Shown here: positions 1 to 11,114 of the stretch, piece by piece
Layout of the letters: each line of letters opens with the position of its first letter
Position numbering within the stretch: position 1 is the stretch's first letter
From: Rickettsiaceae bacterium
GTDB taxonomy: Bacteria; Pseudomonadota; Alphaproteobacteria; Rickettsiales; Rickettsiaceae
NCBI GenBank assembly: GCA_021741085.1
Contig: JAIOYM010000001.1
Coordinates: 1-38,486, forward strand
Direction of reading: 5' to 3'
DNA length: 38,486 nucleotides
Notes under the pieces: generated by a model
The model's input: only the letters and a program-made list of their open reading frames with translations
What the model was told of the DNA's origin: nothing
Database searches by the model: none
Made by a program: the position numbers and the translations under genes

Positions 1-230
1 TATTTCTATAACCGCTAGAGGATGTTGCTACGTTCTTAACAGAGTCCACATTCCAACAAATTACAACACTCCCTCGAAAATTTACTCTCTATCCCCCCAC
101 ATTCCTCCAACAACACTCCCTCGAAAATTTACCTCCCTATCTAACTCTTCCCATGTTTGCGCGCCCAACCTTTAGTTGAATATATATGTAGAAGGGATGT
201 TGCTTCTTTTATAATAGAATTGCCGGAATG
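1..230 (-). repeat. Degenerate, inverted copies of the palindromic-element family found at 18.1 kb and 21.9-22.8 kb, plus a local ~48-bp direct duplication
   Basis: Positions 11-24 (accgctagaggatg) are the reverse complement of the box catcctctagcggt that punctuates the 22-kb array. Positions ~191-230 (gaagggatgttgcttcttttataatagaattgccggaatg) resemble the reverse complement of the half-element tail (gcaatccagccattctattaaaaaagcaacatcc). The motif caacactccctcgaaaatttac(t/c)ctc occurs twice at ~63-93 and ~111-141 and matches the reverse complement of 21861-21885. Confidence 0.5.
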
Positions 231-304
231 TATCAATACATAGAACTACTTCACCAGAGCTCTTTGCAAAGCTTAAAAACCCTAGTGACACATTCATAGA
301 CTGA

Positions 305-356
305 ACTTAAAAATCTAACTATAGCTGCACTAGTCAGCCATAGTAATTATAGTTAG
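305..356 (-). terminator. Possible intrinsic terminator of rpoC
   Basis: A 9-bp inverted repeat, ctaactata (315-323) / tatagttag (348-356), overlaps the rpoC stop codon. It contains an inner gctg...cagc pairing. On the minus strand it is followed by ATTTTT. The stem is A/T-rich and the loop is 24 nt, so the structure is weak. Confidence 0.3.
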
Positions 357-3300
357 CTTGTTGGTAAAACTTCTTGCGCTTCAGAAACAAGTTTTTGCTG
401 CTCTAGTTGTTTTTCCATTCTTCTAGCTTCTTTATAAGCTTGAGCTACATATTGCCCAGTACCGGCAGGAATCAATCTACCAACAATAACGTTTTCTTTA
501 AGACCGGTTAAGTTATCCCTTTTACCCGCCACCGCAGCTTCAGTTAAAACCCTTGTTGTTTCCTGGAAGGAAGCCGCAGAAATAAATGATCTGGTTTGCA
601 GAGAAGCCTTGGTTATACCCTGAAGAATCTCTTGAGCTTTAACAATTTTACGGTTTTGTTGCTCTAGTTTTTGGTTAAGCTCATATAAATCTATTTTATC
701 AAGCTTATCGCCTAAGGATAAAGTACTATCACCAATATCCGTAACTTCAACTTTTTGCAACATCTGCTTGATTATAACTTCAATATGCTTATCATCAATT
801 TTAACCCCTTGCAAACGGTATACAGATTGAATTTGTTCAACCATATAATCAGATAATTTAGGCACACCCATAATACGCAATATATCCTGAAGTACTGAAT
901 GCCCATCAACTATCACATCTCCTCTTTTTACTATATCTCCATCCATAGGTATTACATGTTTACCTTTCTGTAAAACATATGATACAGGATCAGAACCATC
1001 AAGTGGATGTAAAATAAGTTTACGTTTAGTTTTATAGTCTTTGCCGAATTCAATTCTCCCCTCAGCTTCAGCTATAATAGCATGATCTTTAGGTCTGCGA
1101 GCTTCAACAAGCTCTACTACACGTGGCAAACCACCAGTAATGTCTTTAGTTTTACTAGATTCTCTAGTAATACGAGCAATCAAATCACCAGCACTAATCG
1201 CTGCACCGTCTTCAACAGTTAAAATAGCATTTACTGGTAAATAATACTTAGCTTCGGATCCGTTAGGTAACTTTATAGGATTGCCCTTGTCATCGTAAAT
1301 ATCAATACGTGGTTTTAATTCTGTTCTGCTGCCGTGATGCCTAGATTCTGTAACTAATTTCTTACTTATACCTGTGTTTTCATCGGTTACGTCACGAATA
1401 GAAACACCCTCAATCAAATCTTGGAAACGAGCAAAACCAGCTTTTTCACTTAATATTGGAATGCTATAAGCGTCCCATTCGGCTATTTTTTGGCGTTTAA
1501 CAACGGTAGCGCCATCTTCAACTAGTAGTTTAGCACCATAAGCAACTTTATAAACACCTTTTTGTAAACCATTAGAGTCTAAAACAACAAGCTCACAAAC
1601 CCTATTCATTACTATTACTTCACCTTTAGAATTCTTAACTAAGTTGGCATTTACTATTTTCACTTTACCATCTATAGAAGCTTCAATAGATGAACTTTCT
1701 GCGCCACGAGTTGCAGCACCACCAATGTGGAAAGTTCTCATTGTCAACTGAGTTCCAGGTTCACCAATAGATTGAGCTGCTATTATTCCTACGGCTTCTC
1801 CAATAGCTACAGGAGATCCGGTAGCTAAATCTCTTCCGTAACATTTACTGCAAACACCATGTATTAATTCGCATGTTAGGACCGATCGTACTTTAATAGT
1901 GTCTATTCCTGAAGTTTGTATCTTTTCAACCCCTATTTCGTCAATCAACTCATTAGTTGCAAATACCAATTCGTTAGTTACTGGATGATATATATTAGCA
2001 GCAGAAACTCTACCTAATATTCTGTCTGCAAGAGATACGATAACATCTACACCGTCAACTACACTGCTAATTTCTAAGCCATTAGTGGTACCACAATCAT
2101 GTGTAGTAACCATACAATCTTGAGCAACGTCAACTAATCTACGAGTCAAATAACCCGAATTCGCTGTTTTTAGAGCAGTATCCGCAAGACCTTTACGAGC
2201 ACCATGACTTGAATTAAAATATTCTATAACTTTCAAACCTTCTTTGAAATTTGAAATAATAGGTGTTTCAATAATTTCACCAGAAGGTGTTGCCATCAAA
2301 CCACGCATACCACAAATTTGCTTTATCTGGTTAGCAGAACCTCTAGCACCAGAATTCGCCATCATGTAAATAGAGTTCAAGCTCTGTTGATTTGTAGCAT
2401 CTTCTGATTTTTTTATAAATGATTTAGAAATTTCTTGCATCAGATCGTTTGTCACTTTATCTGTACATCTAGACCAGGCATCGATTATTTTATTATATCT
2501 TTCCCCATAAGTAATCAAACCCTCGGTATATTGCTTTTCAAATTCCTTTACTTCTTTAGTAGTTTCAGTTACGTGTTTTTCTTTTGTCTTTGGCGTGATC
2601 ATATCGTCCAAACCAAAAGATATACCTGAAGAACAAGCATATTTAAAACCCATTTCCATTAAGCGATCAGCAAATATTACTGTAGCCTTTTGACCAAAAT
2701 ATCTATATACGTGATCTATCAGACCCGAAATATCTTTTTTAGTTAAGGTTTTGTTTATTAAAGACAAATCTGCGTTACTTGAATCTGGCAATAATTGCGC
2801 AAATATCAATCTTCCAGGGGTTATATCTAATAATATGCTGTCTTGTGGACTATCAGCAAAAGCTTTTTTAATACGATAACGAATTTTAGTATGTATTGTT
2901 ATTACTTTATTGAACAAAGCGTGGTGAATTTCTGCCATATTAGCAAAAATCATATTTTCACCAGGTTCATTATCCAAAGCTAAAGTAAGGTAATAAATTC
3001 CAAGAACAATATCTTTATCAGCCACAATAATAGGTTTACCGTTTGCTGGACTGAGAATGTTGTTGGTAGACATCATTAGAACCCTAGCTTCTGTCTGCGC
3101 TTCTATTGAAAGCGGAACATGCACAGCCATTTGGTCACCATCAAAGTCAGCGTTAAACGCTGTACAAACCAACGGATGTAGTTGTATAGCCTTACCTTCA
3201 ATAAGAATAGGCTCAAACGCCTGAATACTTAATCGGTGAAGGGTGGGAGCTCTGTTTAGTAAAATTGGATGCTGTCTTATAACCTCTTCAAGGACATCCC

Positions 3301-4528
3301 ATACCTCTGGCTTTTCTGCTTCCACCATTTTTCTTGCAACCTTAATGCTGTGAGCTATACCATACATCTCTAATTTTGCATAAATAAATGGCTTAAATAA
3401 CTCTAAAGCCATTTTCTTAGGTAAACCACATTGATGAAGCTTCAATTCAGGACCCACAACGATTACAGATCTTCCAGAGTAATCTACACGTTTTCCAAGA
3501 AGATTCTGTCTGAAACGCCCTTGTTTACCTTTTAACATGTCACTCAAAGACTTCAAAGGCCTTTTGTTAGCACCCTTGACAGCTTTACCTCTACGGCCGT
3601 TATCAAATAGAGCATCCACCGATTCCTGTAGCATTCTCTTTTCATTACGTATCATAATGTCTGGAGACTTTAGTTTTATCAGGCTTTTTAATCTGTTATT
3701 TCTGTTGATAACCCTTCTGTATAATTCGTTCAAATCTGATGTAGCAAAACGTCCACCATCAAGTTGAACCAAAGGCCTTATTTCTGGAGGAATAACAGGT
3801 AAAACAGTCATTACCATCCATTCTGGCTTATTCCCAGACTCAATGAAATCTTCTACCAATTTCAATCTTTTTATCAGTTTCTTCTTTTTGGCCTCTGAAT
3901 TGGTTTCTACTATTTCACTTTTAATATCTATAGACAATTTTGCTAAATCTAAAGTGGCAAGCAAATTGTAAATAGCTTCACCACCAATTTGGCAATTGAA
4001 ATTATCTTCACCATGCTCATCTTGTAGCTTTTTTAATGCATCTTCAGAAATTAAGTCACCTCTATTTAAAGCCACTAAACCTGGATCAATAACCACATAA
4101 GAATCAAAATATAATACCTTCTCAAGATCTCTTAAAGTCATATCCAAGAGCAAGCTTATTCGCGAAGGTAGTGATTTGAAAAACCATATATGTACTATTG
4201 GTGTAGCTAAATCTATATGCCCCATACGTTCACGTCTAACTCTTGCAGTCGTGACCTCTACACCGCATTTTTCACAAATAATACCACGATATTTTATTCT
4301 TTTGTATTTACCGCATCCACATTCGTAATCTTTAGTTGGACCAAAAATTCTAGAACAAAACAATCCATCTTTCTCTGGCTTAAAAGTCCTGTAATTAATT
4401 GTTTCAGGCTTAGTGACCAAGCCGTAAGACCAAGATTTTATCTGCTCAGGACTTGCTATGTTAATTTTTATATAGTCGAAATGTTGAACATTGCTAACTT
4501 GACCATAAAAATTGGTAGATTTTGCCAT
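353..4528 (-). CDS. rpoC: DNA-directed RNA polymerase subunit beta' (1391 aa)
   Basis: Full-length ORF. It has the zinc-binding N-terminus [23 protein letters not shown], the catalytic motif [12 protein letters not shown] and conserved trigger-loop/bridge-helix regions. It lies immediately downstream of rpoB. Confidence 0.98.
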   Translation of the reverse strand: MAKSTNFYGQVSNVQHFDYIKINIASPEQIKSWSYGLVTKPETINYRTFKPEKDGLFCSRIFGPTKDYECGCGKYKRIKYRGIICEKCGVEVTTARVRRERMGHIDLATPIVHIWFFKSLPSRISLLLDMTLRDLEKVLYFDSYVVIDPGLVALNRGDLISEDALKKLQDEHGEDNFNCQIGGEAIYNLLATLDLAKLSIDIKSEIVETNSEAKKKKLIKRLKLVEDFIESGNKPEWMVMTVLPVIPPEIRPLVQLDGGRFATSDLNELYRRVINRNNRLKSLIKLKSPDIMIRNEKRMLQESVDALFDNGRRGKAVKGANKRPLKSLSDMLKGKQGRFRQNLLGKRVDYSGRSVIVVGPELKLHQCGLPKKMALELFKPFIYAKLEMYGIAHSIKVARKMVEAEKPEVWDVLEEVIRQHPILLNRAPTLHRLSIQAFEPILIEGKAIQLHPLVCTAFNADFDGDQMAVHVPLSIEAQTEARVLMMSTNNILSPANGKPIIVADKDIVLGIYYLTLALDNEPGENMIFANMAEIHHALFNKVITIHTKIRYRIKKAFADSPQDSILLDITPGRLIFAQLLPDSSNADLSLINKTLTKKDISGLIDHVYRYFGQKATVIFADRLMEMGFKYACSSGISFGLDDMITPKTKEKHVTETTKEVKEFEKQYTEGLITYGERYNKIIDAWSRCTDKVTNDLMQEISKSFIKKSEDATNQQSLNSIYMMANSGARGSANQIKQICGMRGLMATPSGEIIETPIISNFKEGLKVIEYFNSSHGARKGLADTALKTANSGYLTRRLVDVAQDCMVTTHDCGTTNGLEISSVVDGVDVIVSLADRILGRVSAANIYHPVTNELVFATNELIDEIGVEKIQTSGIDTIKVRSVLTCELIHGVCSKCYGRDLATGSPVAIGEAVGIIAAQSIGEPGTQLTMRTFHIGGAATRGAESSSIEASIDGKVKIVNANLVKNSKGEVIVMNRVCELVVLDSNGLQKGVYKVAYGAKLLVEDGATVVKRQKIAEWDAYSIPILSEKAGFARFQDLIEGVSIRDVTDENTGISKKLVTESRHHGSRTELKPRIDIYDDKGNPIKLPNGSEAKYYLPVNAILTVEDGAAISAGDLIARITRESSKTKDITGGLPRVVELVEARRPKDHAIIAEAEGRIEFGKDYKTKRKLILHPLDGSDPVSYVLQKGKHVIPMDGDIVKRGDVIVDGHSVLQDILRIMGVPKLSDYMVEQIQSVYRLQGVKIDDKHIEVIIKQMLQKVEVTDIGDSTLSLGDKLDKIDLYELNQKLEQQNRKIVKAQEILQGITKASLQTRSFISAASFQETTRVLTEAAVAGKRDNLTGLKENVIVGRLIPAGTGQYVAQAYKEARRMEKQLEQQKLVSEAQEVLPTS

Positions 4529-4882
4529 AATATCCCTTATAGATTTGTTTTATATTATTTTTATAAAATTTTATTTATATTTTCTGCTGCCCGTTTATAT
4601 AATTTTTAATTACAGTATTATTTGCGAATAAGTTTAAATAAAAAATTATACAACCCAAATGTTTAAAAAATTTTTAAGAACCTACTTCTAGCTTTTGTAA
4701 AGTTAACTCAAAATTTTGCTACTGCAATTCAAAGTTATGTTTTCAAAGAAGTATTTCATCATAAAAAATTAACAATTACTCTTTAGAGTTTAACTTTAAG
4801 ATTCTAAAAACAAATTTTTATATCTATGTCATATCAATAACAATGCTGTTTTTTTACAACAAAGATATATTATTCACTAACT

Positions 4883-7800
4883 TCAATTTTCTTCATCTTT
4901 AGATAAACTTATATTCAGCCCCAAAGATTTTAATTCACTCACTATAACGTTAAATGATTCTGGAATTCCAGCTTCAAAGCTTTGAGTGCCGGTAACTATA
5001 GATTTATAATTCTTTATTCTTCCAGCTACATCATCAGATTTAATTGTAAGCATTTCCTGCAAGATATAACTAGCCCCATAACCCTGTATAGCCCAACATT
5101 CCATCTCACCAAATCTTTGACCACCAAAATGAGATTTACCTCCAAGTGGCTGTTGCGTAACCAAACTATATGGTCCAATTGAACGAGCGTGAACTTTATC
5201 ATCTACCAAATGCAGTAATTTTAAAACGTATTTATAGCCAATTGTTACTGGTCTATCCAAAAACTCACCGGTTCTACCATCGATTAATTTAACTTGACCA
5301 GAGCTAGATTCATCAGCAAGATCAAGCATGTGCTGTACATCTTCTACCTTAGCGCCATCGAATACAGGTGTTGCAAAATATACGCCTTTACTTTGAGATT
5401 TAGCGAAACTTACCAATTCATCTTTCGACATATTTTCAATTTTCTCCGAAATCTCTCCTCTATTGAAGACTTTCTTTATAAAAGTCTTAGCAGATGGCAT
5501 TGCAGATTCATCAGACAACATAGCCTCAGCTAATTTATTTATTTTCTTTCCTAATCTAACTGATGCCCAACCTAAACTTGTTTCAAGAATCTGCCCAATA
5601 TTCATCCTTGATGGCAAACCCAAAGGATTTAAAATCATGTCTATAGGAGTTCCATCCTCTAAAAATGGCATATCTTCAACTGGTACTATAGTGGATACAA
5701 CACCTTTGTTACCGTGCCTACCAGCCATTTTATCGCCCGGTTGCAATCTATGCTTTATGGCAATGAAAACCTTAACTACCTTCAAAGCACCCTGTGGTAA
5801 ATCATCCCCAGCCTTTAATTTATCTATTTTTACCGATAGTTTTTTATTAATCTCCGACTTAGTCTCATCGTATTCAGACTTTAGGGCTATAATTTCTTGC
5901 ATTTTTTCTTGATTCGCAATAACAAACTGCCACCATAAAGCTTTAGAAAAACTAGAAAGCAGCTGACGTGTAATCACCTTATCTTTACCCAAAGTCTTAG
6001 GCCCACTTACTATATCTTGACCATCTAACAGTTGGAAAAGTTTACCATAGGTCAAATCATCAACTACAACAAGCTCATCATCTTTATCTTTGGTATATTT
6101 GTCAATCTGTTGACGTTCTATAGAAAGAGATCTTTGATCTTTAGGAACTCCCCTTCTTGAAAGAACTCTAACCTCTATAACGGTTCCCGTGATTCCAGGT
6201 GGAACATACAATGAAGAATCTCTTACATCGGAAGCTTTTTCACCATAAATACAACGCACCAATCTTTCTTCCGGAGTTACCAAAGATTCGCTCTTAGGAG
6301 TAACTTTACCAACTAATATATCACCAGGTTTTATTTCTGCACCTATACGAACTATACCAACCTCATCAAGATTTACACAATGCTCTTCATTAACATTTGG
6401 TATATCTCGAGTTACTTCTTCGGGTCCAAGCTTTGTGTCACGAGCTACTAACTCCAATTCCTCAATGTGAATTGATGTATAAAGATCGTCTTTAACAACT
6501 CTTTCCGAAATTACTATCGAATCTTCGAATGTATAACCTTTCCATGGCAAATAAGCTACTAATACGTTCTTACCCAAAGCAATCTCTCCATGATCAGAGC
6601 TTGGTCCATCAGCTATTACATCACCAGCATTAACCAAATCGCCTAAACTTACTATTGGGTTTTGAGTTATACATGTATTATGGTTAGAACGTTGAGATTT
6701 CAATAAGTTATATATGTCGACCTTTGGCGAATTATCATATTTATTTGCGAAGGTTTTGATAACTATTCTGTTAGAATCTACATATTCTACAACTCCAGAA
6801 TTCAGAGCTACAATAGAGGCCCCAGAATCTTTAGCAACTATACTTTCTACACCAGTTCCAACAAAAGGAGCCTCTGTTTTCATCAACGGAACAGCCTGAC
6901 GTTGCATGTTTGAACCCATCAGCGCACGGTTACCGTCATCGTTTTCTAAGAATGGAATCATTGCTGCACCGATAGAAACAACCTGTATAGGATTTATATC
7001 CATATAATCTACATCCGAAGCAGGCGCTAGTACAAAATTACCGTCCAACCTGCAATTCAACAAATCTTCCTCTATGGTGCCATCTTTAGCAAGCTTAATG
7101 GTTGATTGCGCAATCTTATAATTTGCTTCATCTAGAGCTGAAAGATAGTGGATCTCATTAGTTGCTTTACCATTTACTACTTTTTTGTAAGGAGTCTCTA
7201 TAAACCCATATTTATTAACCTTAGCATAGGTTGTCAAAGAATTAATAAGACCAATATTTTGTCCCTCTGGAGTCTCTATCGGGCATATTCTTCCGTAATG
7301 AGTTGGATGGACGTCTCGAACCTCAAGACCAGCTCGCTCTCTATTGACACCACCGGGACCAAGAGCAGAAAGACGTCTTTTGTGCGTAATTTCTGATAGT
7401 GGGTTAGTTTGATCCATAAATTGTGAAAGTTGCGAACTCCCAAAGAATTCTTTTATTGCAGCCACCAATAATTTAGAATTGATAAGATCATGCGGCATTA
7501 TAGTGTCTATGTCCACAGCATTCATGCGTTCAAATATATTTTTTTGTATACGCAAAACACCTATCCTAAATTGGTTTTCAACTAGTTCACCTACAGATCT
7601 AACTCTTCTATTTCCCAAATTATCTATATCGTCTATTGAACCCTTGCCGTCTTTTATCTCTATTAATTTTTTTATAGTCTCTTTCAAATCGTCAGCCGTA
7701 AGAACTCTTTCGTCTATAGGGGTTTGTAAGTTCAAACTTGCATTAATTTTCACTCTACCAACCTCAGACAAATCATAACGATCTGTGCTAAAAATAAGTC

Positions 7801-8980
7801 TATTTAGCAAATTTTTACTTGTTTCAGCAGTAGCTGGTTCACCTGGACGCAAAACTCTAAAAATATCTATCAAAGCTGTTTCTTTATTATGACCACGATC
7901 AGCCATCAAAGTATTCCTAATATAAGGCCCGCAGTTGTTCTTTATCGCTAAAATCTGTATTTCTTTAATTTTGTGTTTATCTAATAATTCTAAAAGATCG
8001 GTTGATATCTCTTCCCCAGCATGCGCAAGTCTTGATCCGTGCTTATCGAAAATATCTTTAGCTATAAATTTACCAACCAAATAATCAGAACGAAGTAATA
8101 TATTTTGCTCAGGCTCTTGACCTATTTTACGCAAAATTCTAGGATTAATTTTTTGTTCGGCCGCTATAATAATATTTTTAGTATCAGCATTTACTATATC
8201 GTAATCAAATTTTTGAGCAGACAGTAAAGTTGGAGAGAAAGGAGTAGACCAGTTGTTTTCATCTTGCTTGGTGAAAGACGCAAAATTATAATAATATTCT
8301 AATATATTTTCAGCTTCCATCCCTAACGCATAAAGCAATGTAGTTATGGGTAACTTTCTACGACGATCTATTCTAAAAAAAACTGTGTCTTTAGCGTCAA
8401 ATTCAAAATCTATCCAAGATCCGCGATACGGTATAATACGCGCCGAAAATAGGATTTTACCAGTAGCATGATTTTTACCACGATCGTGATTGAAGAACAC
8501 ACCAGGCGAACGATGCATTTGAGAAACCACAACACGTTCGGTGCCGTTAATCATAAAAGTAGCATTTTTTGTCATCAGAGGTATTTCTCCCAGATAAACT
8601 TCCTGCTCTTTTATGTTGCTAATTTCGGCAATTTTAGTGTGTGGATCTATCTCTTTAACTATAAGACGTAAAACTACTTTAAGCCCCGCAGAGTAAGTTG
8701 AGCCCTTTTGTCTGCATTCATCCAAGTCGTATTTTGGTTTTTCTATTTCATATTTTATAAATTCTAAAGTAGCATTCCCAGCTGGGCTTTCGATAGGAAA
8801 AGATGAAAGTAAAACAGAATGCAACCCCTCGTTTTTACGCTTTTCATGAGGAATGTCTGACTGTAAAAAATTTTCATAGGAGCTTTTCTGAGCCTCTATC
8901 AAATTCGGTATTTCAAGTTTTGTATCAATGCTGCCAAAATTCTTTCTAACTCTAATCTTACTTTCTTGGGTAAATTGCAT
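4883..8980 (-). CDS. rpoB: DNA-directed RNA polymerase subunit beta (1365 aa)
   Basis: Full-length ORF with conserved beta-subunit blocks: [31 protein letters not shown] (the rifampicin-cluster region), NMQRQAVPL, and [15 protein letters not shown]. Confidence 0.98.
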   Translation of the reverse strand: MQFTQESKIRVRKNFGSIDTKLEIPNLIEAQKSSYENFLQSDIPHEKRKNEGLHSVLLSSFPIESPAGNATLEFIKYEIEKPKYDLDECRQKGSTYSAGLKVVLRLIVKEIDPHTKIAEISNIKEQEVYLGEIPLMTKNATFMINGTERVVVSQMHRSPGVFFNHDRGKNHATGKILFSARIIPYRGSWIDFEFDAKDTVFFRIDRRRKLPITTLLYALGMEAENILEYYYNFASFTKQDENNWSTPFSPTLLSAQKFDYDIVNADTKNIIIAAEQKINPRILRKIGQEPEQNILLRSDYLVGKFIAKDIFDKHGSRLAHAGEEISTDLLELLDKHKIKEIQILAIKNNCGPYIRNTLMADRGHNKETALIDIFRVLRPGEPATAETSKNLLNRLIFSTDRYDLSEVGRVKINASLNLQTPIDERVLTADDLKETIKKLIEIKDGKGSIDDIDNLGNRRVRSVGELVENQFRIGVLRIQKNIFERMNAVDIDTIMPHDLINSKLLVAAIKEFFGSSQLSQFMDQTNPLSEITHKRRLSALGPGGVNRERAGLEVRDVHPTHYGRICPIETPEGQNIGLINSLTTYAKVNKYGFIETPYKKVVNGKATNEIHYLSALDEANYKIAQSTIKLAKDGTIEEDLLNCRLDGNFVLAPASDVDYMDINPIQVVSIGAAMIPFLENDDGNRALMGSNMQRQAVPLMKTEAPFVGTGVESIVAKDSGASIVALNSGVVEYVDSNRIVIKTFANKYDNSPKVDIYNLLKSQRSNHNTCITQNPIVSLGDLVNAGDVIADGPSSDHGEIALGKNVLVAYLPWKGYTFEDSIVISERVVKDDLYTSIHIEELELVARDTKLGPEEVTRDIPNVNEEHCVNLDEVGIVRIGAEIKPGDILVGKVTPKSESLVTPEERLVRCIYGEKASDVRDSSLYVPPGITGTVIEVRVLSRRGVPKDQRSLSIERQQIDKYTKDKDDELVVVDDLTYGKLFQLLDGQDIVSGPKTLGKDKVITRQLLSSFSKALWWQFVIANQEKMQEIIALKSEYDETKSEINKKLSVKIDKLKAGDDLPQGALKVVKVFIAIKHRLQPGDKMAGRHGNKGVVSTIVPVEDMPFLEDGTPIDMILNPLGLPSRMNIGQILETSLGWASVRLGKKINKLAEAMLSDESAMPSAKTFIKKVFNRGEISEKIENMSKDELVSFAKSQSKGVYFATPVFDGAKVEDVQHMLDLADESSSGQVKLIDGRTGEFLDRPVTIGYKYVLKLLHLVDDKVHARSIGPYSLVTQQPLGGKSHFGGQRFGEMECWAIQGYGASYILQEMLTIKSDDVAGRIKNYKSIVTGTQSFEAGIPESFNVIVSELKSLGLNISLSKDEEN

Positions 8981-9033
8981 ATGATAAAAATTTCTACTAA
9001 AATAATATTATTAAACAAACTTAAATTTCGATG

Positions 9034-9061
9034 ATTATAAGGGGAACGAAGCTTTTGTTAC
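9034..9061 (-). promoter_or_regulatory. Candidate sigma70-type promoter for rpoB
   Basis: The minus strand reads GTAACA-N16-TATAAT. The -10 is a perfect TATAAT (plus-strand attata at 9034-9039) and the -35 matches 4 of 6 (plus-strand tgttac at 9056-9061). The -10 lies ~55 nt upstream of the rpoB ATG. This is pattern matching in AT-rich DNA only. Confidence 0.25.
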
Positions 9062-9292
9062 ATATATAAATAGATGATCTGCTAGATTTTTATTAATACT
9101 TGACTCTATATACTTTAATGCTGAGCATAAATTCTTCATGCTATCAAGAAAATAATACTAACGCAACTACATCAACAAAGCAAGTGATTTATGCTTATGA
9201 TTTATTCTTTTTTACAAAATTATTAGTGGGTGTTTTGAATTAATTGGACGGAAATCATAATCTCAAATTATTTATACCCATATCAATTTATA

Positions 9293-10831
9293 TCAAATAT
9301 TTATAGTAAAATTCAAAGCCCCTAATGCATCTGGAAAACCTAAATTAGTTTTTCTTAAAGCAACAAAGCCGTTTAAATTAAAATATTTTGATAATTCAAT
9401 TTGAAACATTGTTCCTATATCCGTTATAGAGGATTTATCTGTATTATGAATTGGATAAACAATCTTACAAAAAGCAAAAAATCTATTATCTTTAATATTA
9501 AAACCAAGGTCTAGTCCAACCAAAAGATTGCTGTTGGTGTATCCAAAATAGTTTCTAGCAATATATCCTGAATCTTTAGTATTTAAATAGAAACCTATAG
9601 TTGTTTTTGCTTCATCGTAATTATTTCTTAAAAATTCTGTACTCGATTCAAATGTCACACTCATATTTTCCCAAATTGGCAAAGTTGCTTGAGCTCTCAA
9701 CTGTGATTTTTCTTCATAATAATTATAACGCAGATTCAAAGTGGGACTATCCTTATTGTCTAGATTAGTTAATTCATATTCTAAATAACAACCAAGCATA
9801 GGAGAATTTTTGTGGTATTTTTCTTTTCTAATAGAAGTGCCTGCAACTAATGAGCTTTTAGATTTAAGTAATAATTTTTTGTTTAGCGCTAAATTATACC
9901 TTCCAATGACGTTAGCAAATATAGTTTTAGTTATATCTTTATCACCAGGATGCCAACTCAATATATTAGTTAATCCTATTGAGAGATCTTCAGAATTCAA
10001 TGTATCTTGCTCTTTAGAGCTAATAAAATAATTGAAATCCAGCATTTTCTCTATTATGAACTCTCTATTATGACGAAAATCATTTGAATCATCCCCTCCT
10101 CTTAATCCAGCGTCATTATTCAGAACTTGACTTTCACGAGATAACATTTGATCGCGATTATGCAAAATTTGTTGCCTGTTATTTATTGGTCTATATTCTA
10201 CTGTATAATTATTTGATGACCCCTGTACTTCTGATAACATTTGTTGATGATGTACTTGTCCAATTTCTTCGTAATACACATTAAACCAAATATCATCTTC
10301 ATAATAATCCTCATGGAAATTATCATTCTCGCTCTCATTTTCGCTCTCGCTACTATCATTAATAGGATTTGCCTGATATTTATTTTTATAATCAAAGATA
10401 TACAAAGAAATTTTGTCTGCAATTTGATCAGTGATTTCTTGGTCATAATCCGATTCAAAGCAACTAAAAGCTCCCCTTACGTCTGTGAATTGATAATCGC
10501 GCCTGCTCTTCTTATTGAGAATATGAGGTATAGCATTTTTTATACCTTGTTCATTTTTTATAAAAATATTTTTTAATTGGTCGCCAGAAATATTATTTAT
10601 TGCATTCTTAACTACATCTACCCTATCTAGATTATTATTTTTAGCTATTATTTCCCAAGAATTTCTATCAAGACTCTCTATTTCTTGCAGACTATCTTTA
10701 TATATTTCGTCCAATTTTTCGTCGGTAAAATTTTTTGCAGCTTTAGCCTGAAATGACAGAATAGTGAATGCTAATAATATTAATAGTAAAGACAGTCTGG
10801 AAAAGAATATGTTAGTCATAACAAAAGGCAT
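9293..10831 (-). CDS. Hypothetical secreted protein (512 aa), possibly an outer-membrane beta-barrel or autotransporter-like surface protein
   Basis: It has an N-terminal signal peptide (SRLSLLLILLAFTILSFQAKA/AKN) and an acidic low-complexity tract (DSSESENESENDNFHEDYYEDD). The C-terminal ~230 aa show alternating hydrophobic/polar beta-strand periodicity and end in LGALNFTINI. I recognise no catalytic motif. Confidence 0.55.
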   Translation of the reverse strand: MPFVMTNIFFSRLSLLLILLAFTILSFQAKAAKNFTDEKLDEIYKDSLQEIESLDRNSWEIIAKNNNLDRVDVVKNAINNISGDQLKNIFIKNEQGIKNAIPHILNKKSRRDYQFTDVRGAFSCFESDYDQEITDQIADKISLYIFDYKNKYQANPINDSSESENESENDNFHEDYYEDDIWFNVYYEEIGQVHHQQMLSEVQGSSNNYTVEYRPINNRQQILHNRDQMLSRESQVLNNDAGLRGGDDSNDFRHNREFIIEKMLDFNYFISSKEQDTLNSEDLSIGLTNILSWHPGDKDITKTIFANVIGRYNLALNKKLLLKSKSSLVAGTSIRKEKYHKNSPMLGCYLEYELTNLDNKDSPTLNLRYNYYEEKSQLRAQATLPIWENMSVTFESSTEFLRNNYDEAKTTIGFYLNTKDSGYIARNYFGYTNSNLLVGLDLGFNIKDNRFFAFCKIVYPIHNTDKSSITDIGTMFQIELSKYFNLNGFVALRKTNLGFPDALGALNFTINI

Positions 10832-11054
10832 TAAATAAATAATTAAAAATACTTTTAAATCTAAGGTAATATATTTTTGTATAGTTATAACCTAGAGATA
10901 AAAATTTACGTGAAGCTATCCCAGCTATATTAATCTTGGGTTATCTTATTTAAAAGTTACTGGTCTATAGGTTGTAATATTACACGAAACCTTAGATTAA
11001 CTCTACGAATTTTTTATACCTTGGGTTAATAAAATCTATTTTTGTCTATAAAAC

Positions 11055-11083
11055 TTGAAAGCTCGGAAGAAAACCTTTATCAT
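11055..11083 (+). promoter_or_regulatory. Candidate sigma70-type promoter for lepA
   Basis: TTGAAA (11055-11060), a 17-nt spacer, then TATCAT (11078-11083). The -10 ends 32 nt upstream of the ATG at 11115. The TTG used as the ORF-track start is the first codon of the -35 hexamer. Confidence 0.4.
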
Positions 11084-11114
11084 CTTTATAAATTTCAATC
11101 AAATTTATAACAAG

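Noticed and set aside
2435-8671. Numerous 60-150-aa plus-strand ORFs inside rpoC and rpoB, for example 4217-4609, 5463-5912 and 7479-7778.
   Set aside because: They are shadow ORFs antisense to highly conserved, full-length genes. Their products are low-complexity and hydrophobic, with no motifs.
9810-10576. Overlapping ORFs (73, 66, 86 and 111 aa) within the 512-aa gene region.
   Set aside because: They are embedded in or antisense to the longer ORF, which has a bona fide signal peptide. Their I/L/F/N-rich composition is typical of random AT-rich frames.
11055-11114. The TTG start at 11055 given for lepA in the ORF track.
   Set aside because: The conserved LepA N-terminus starts at the ATG at 11115 ([21 protein letters not shown]). 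The extra 20 residues are non-conserved, and the TTG coincides with a -35-like hexamer.
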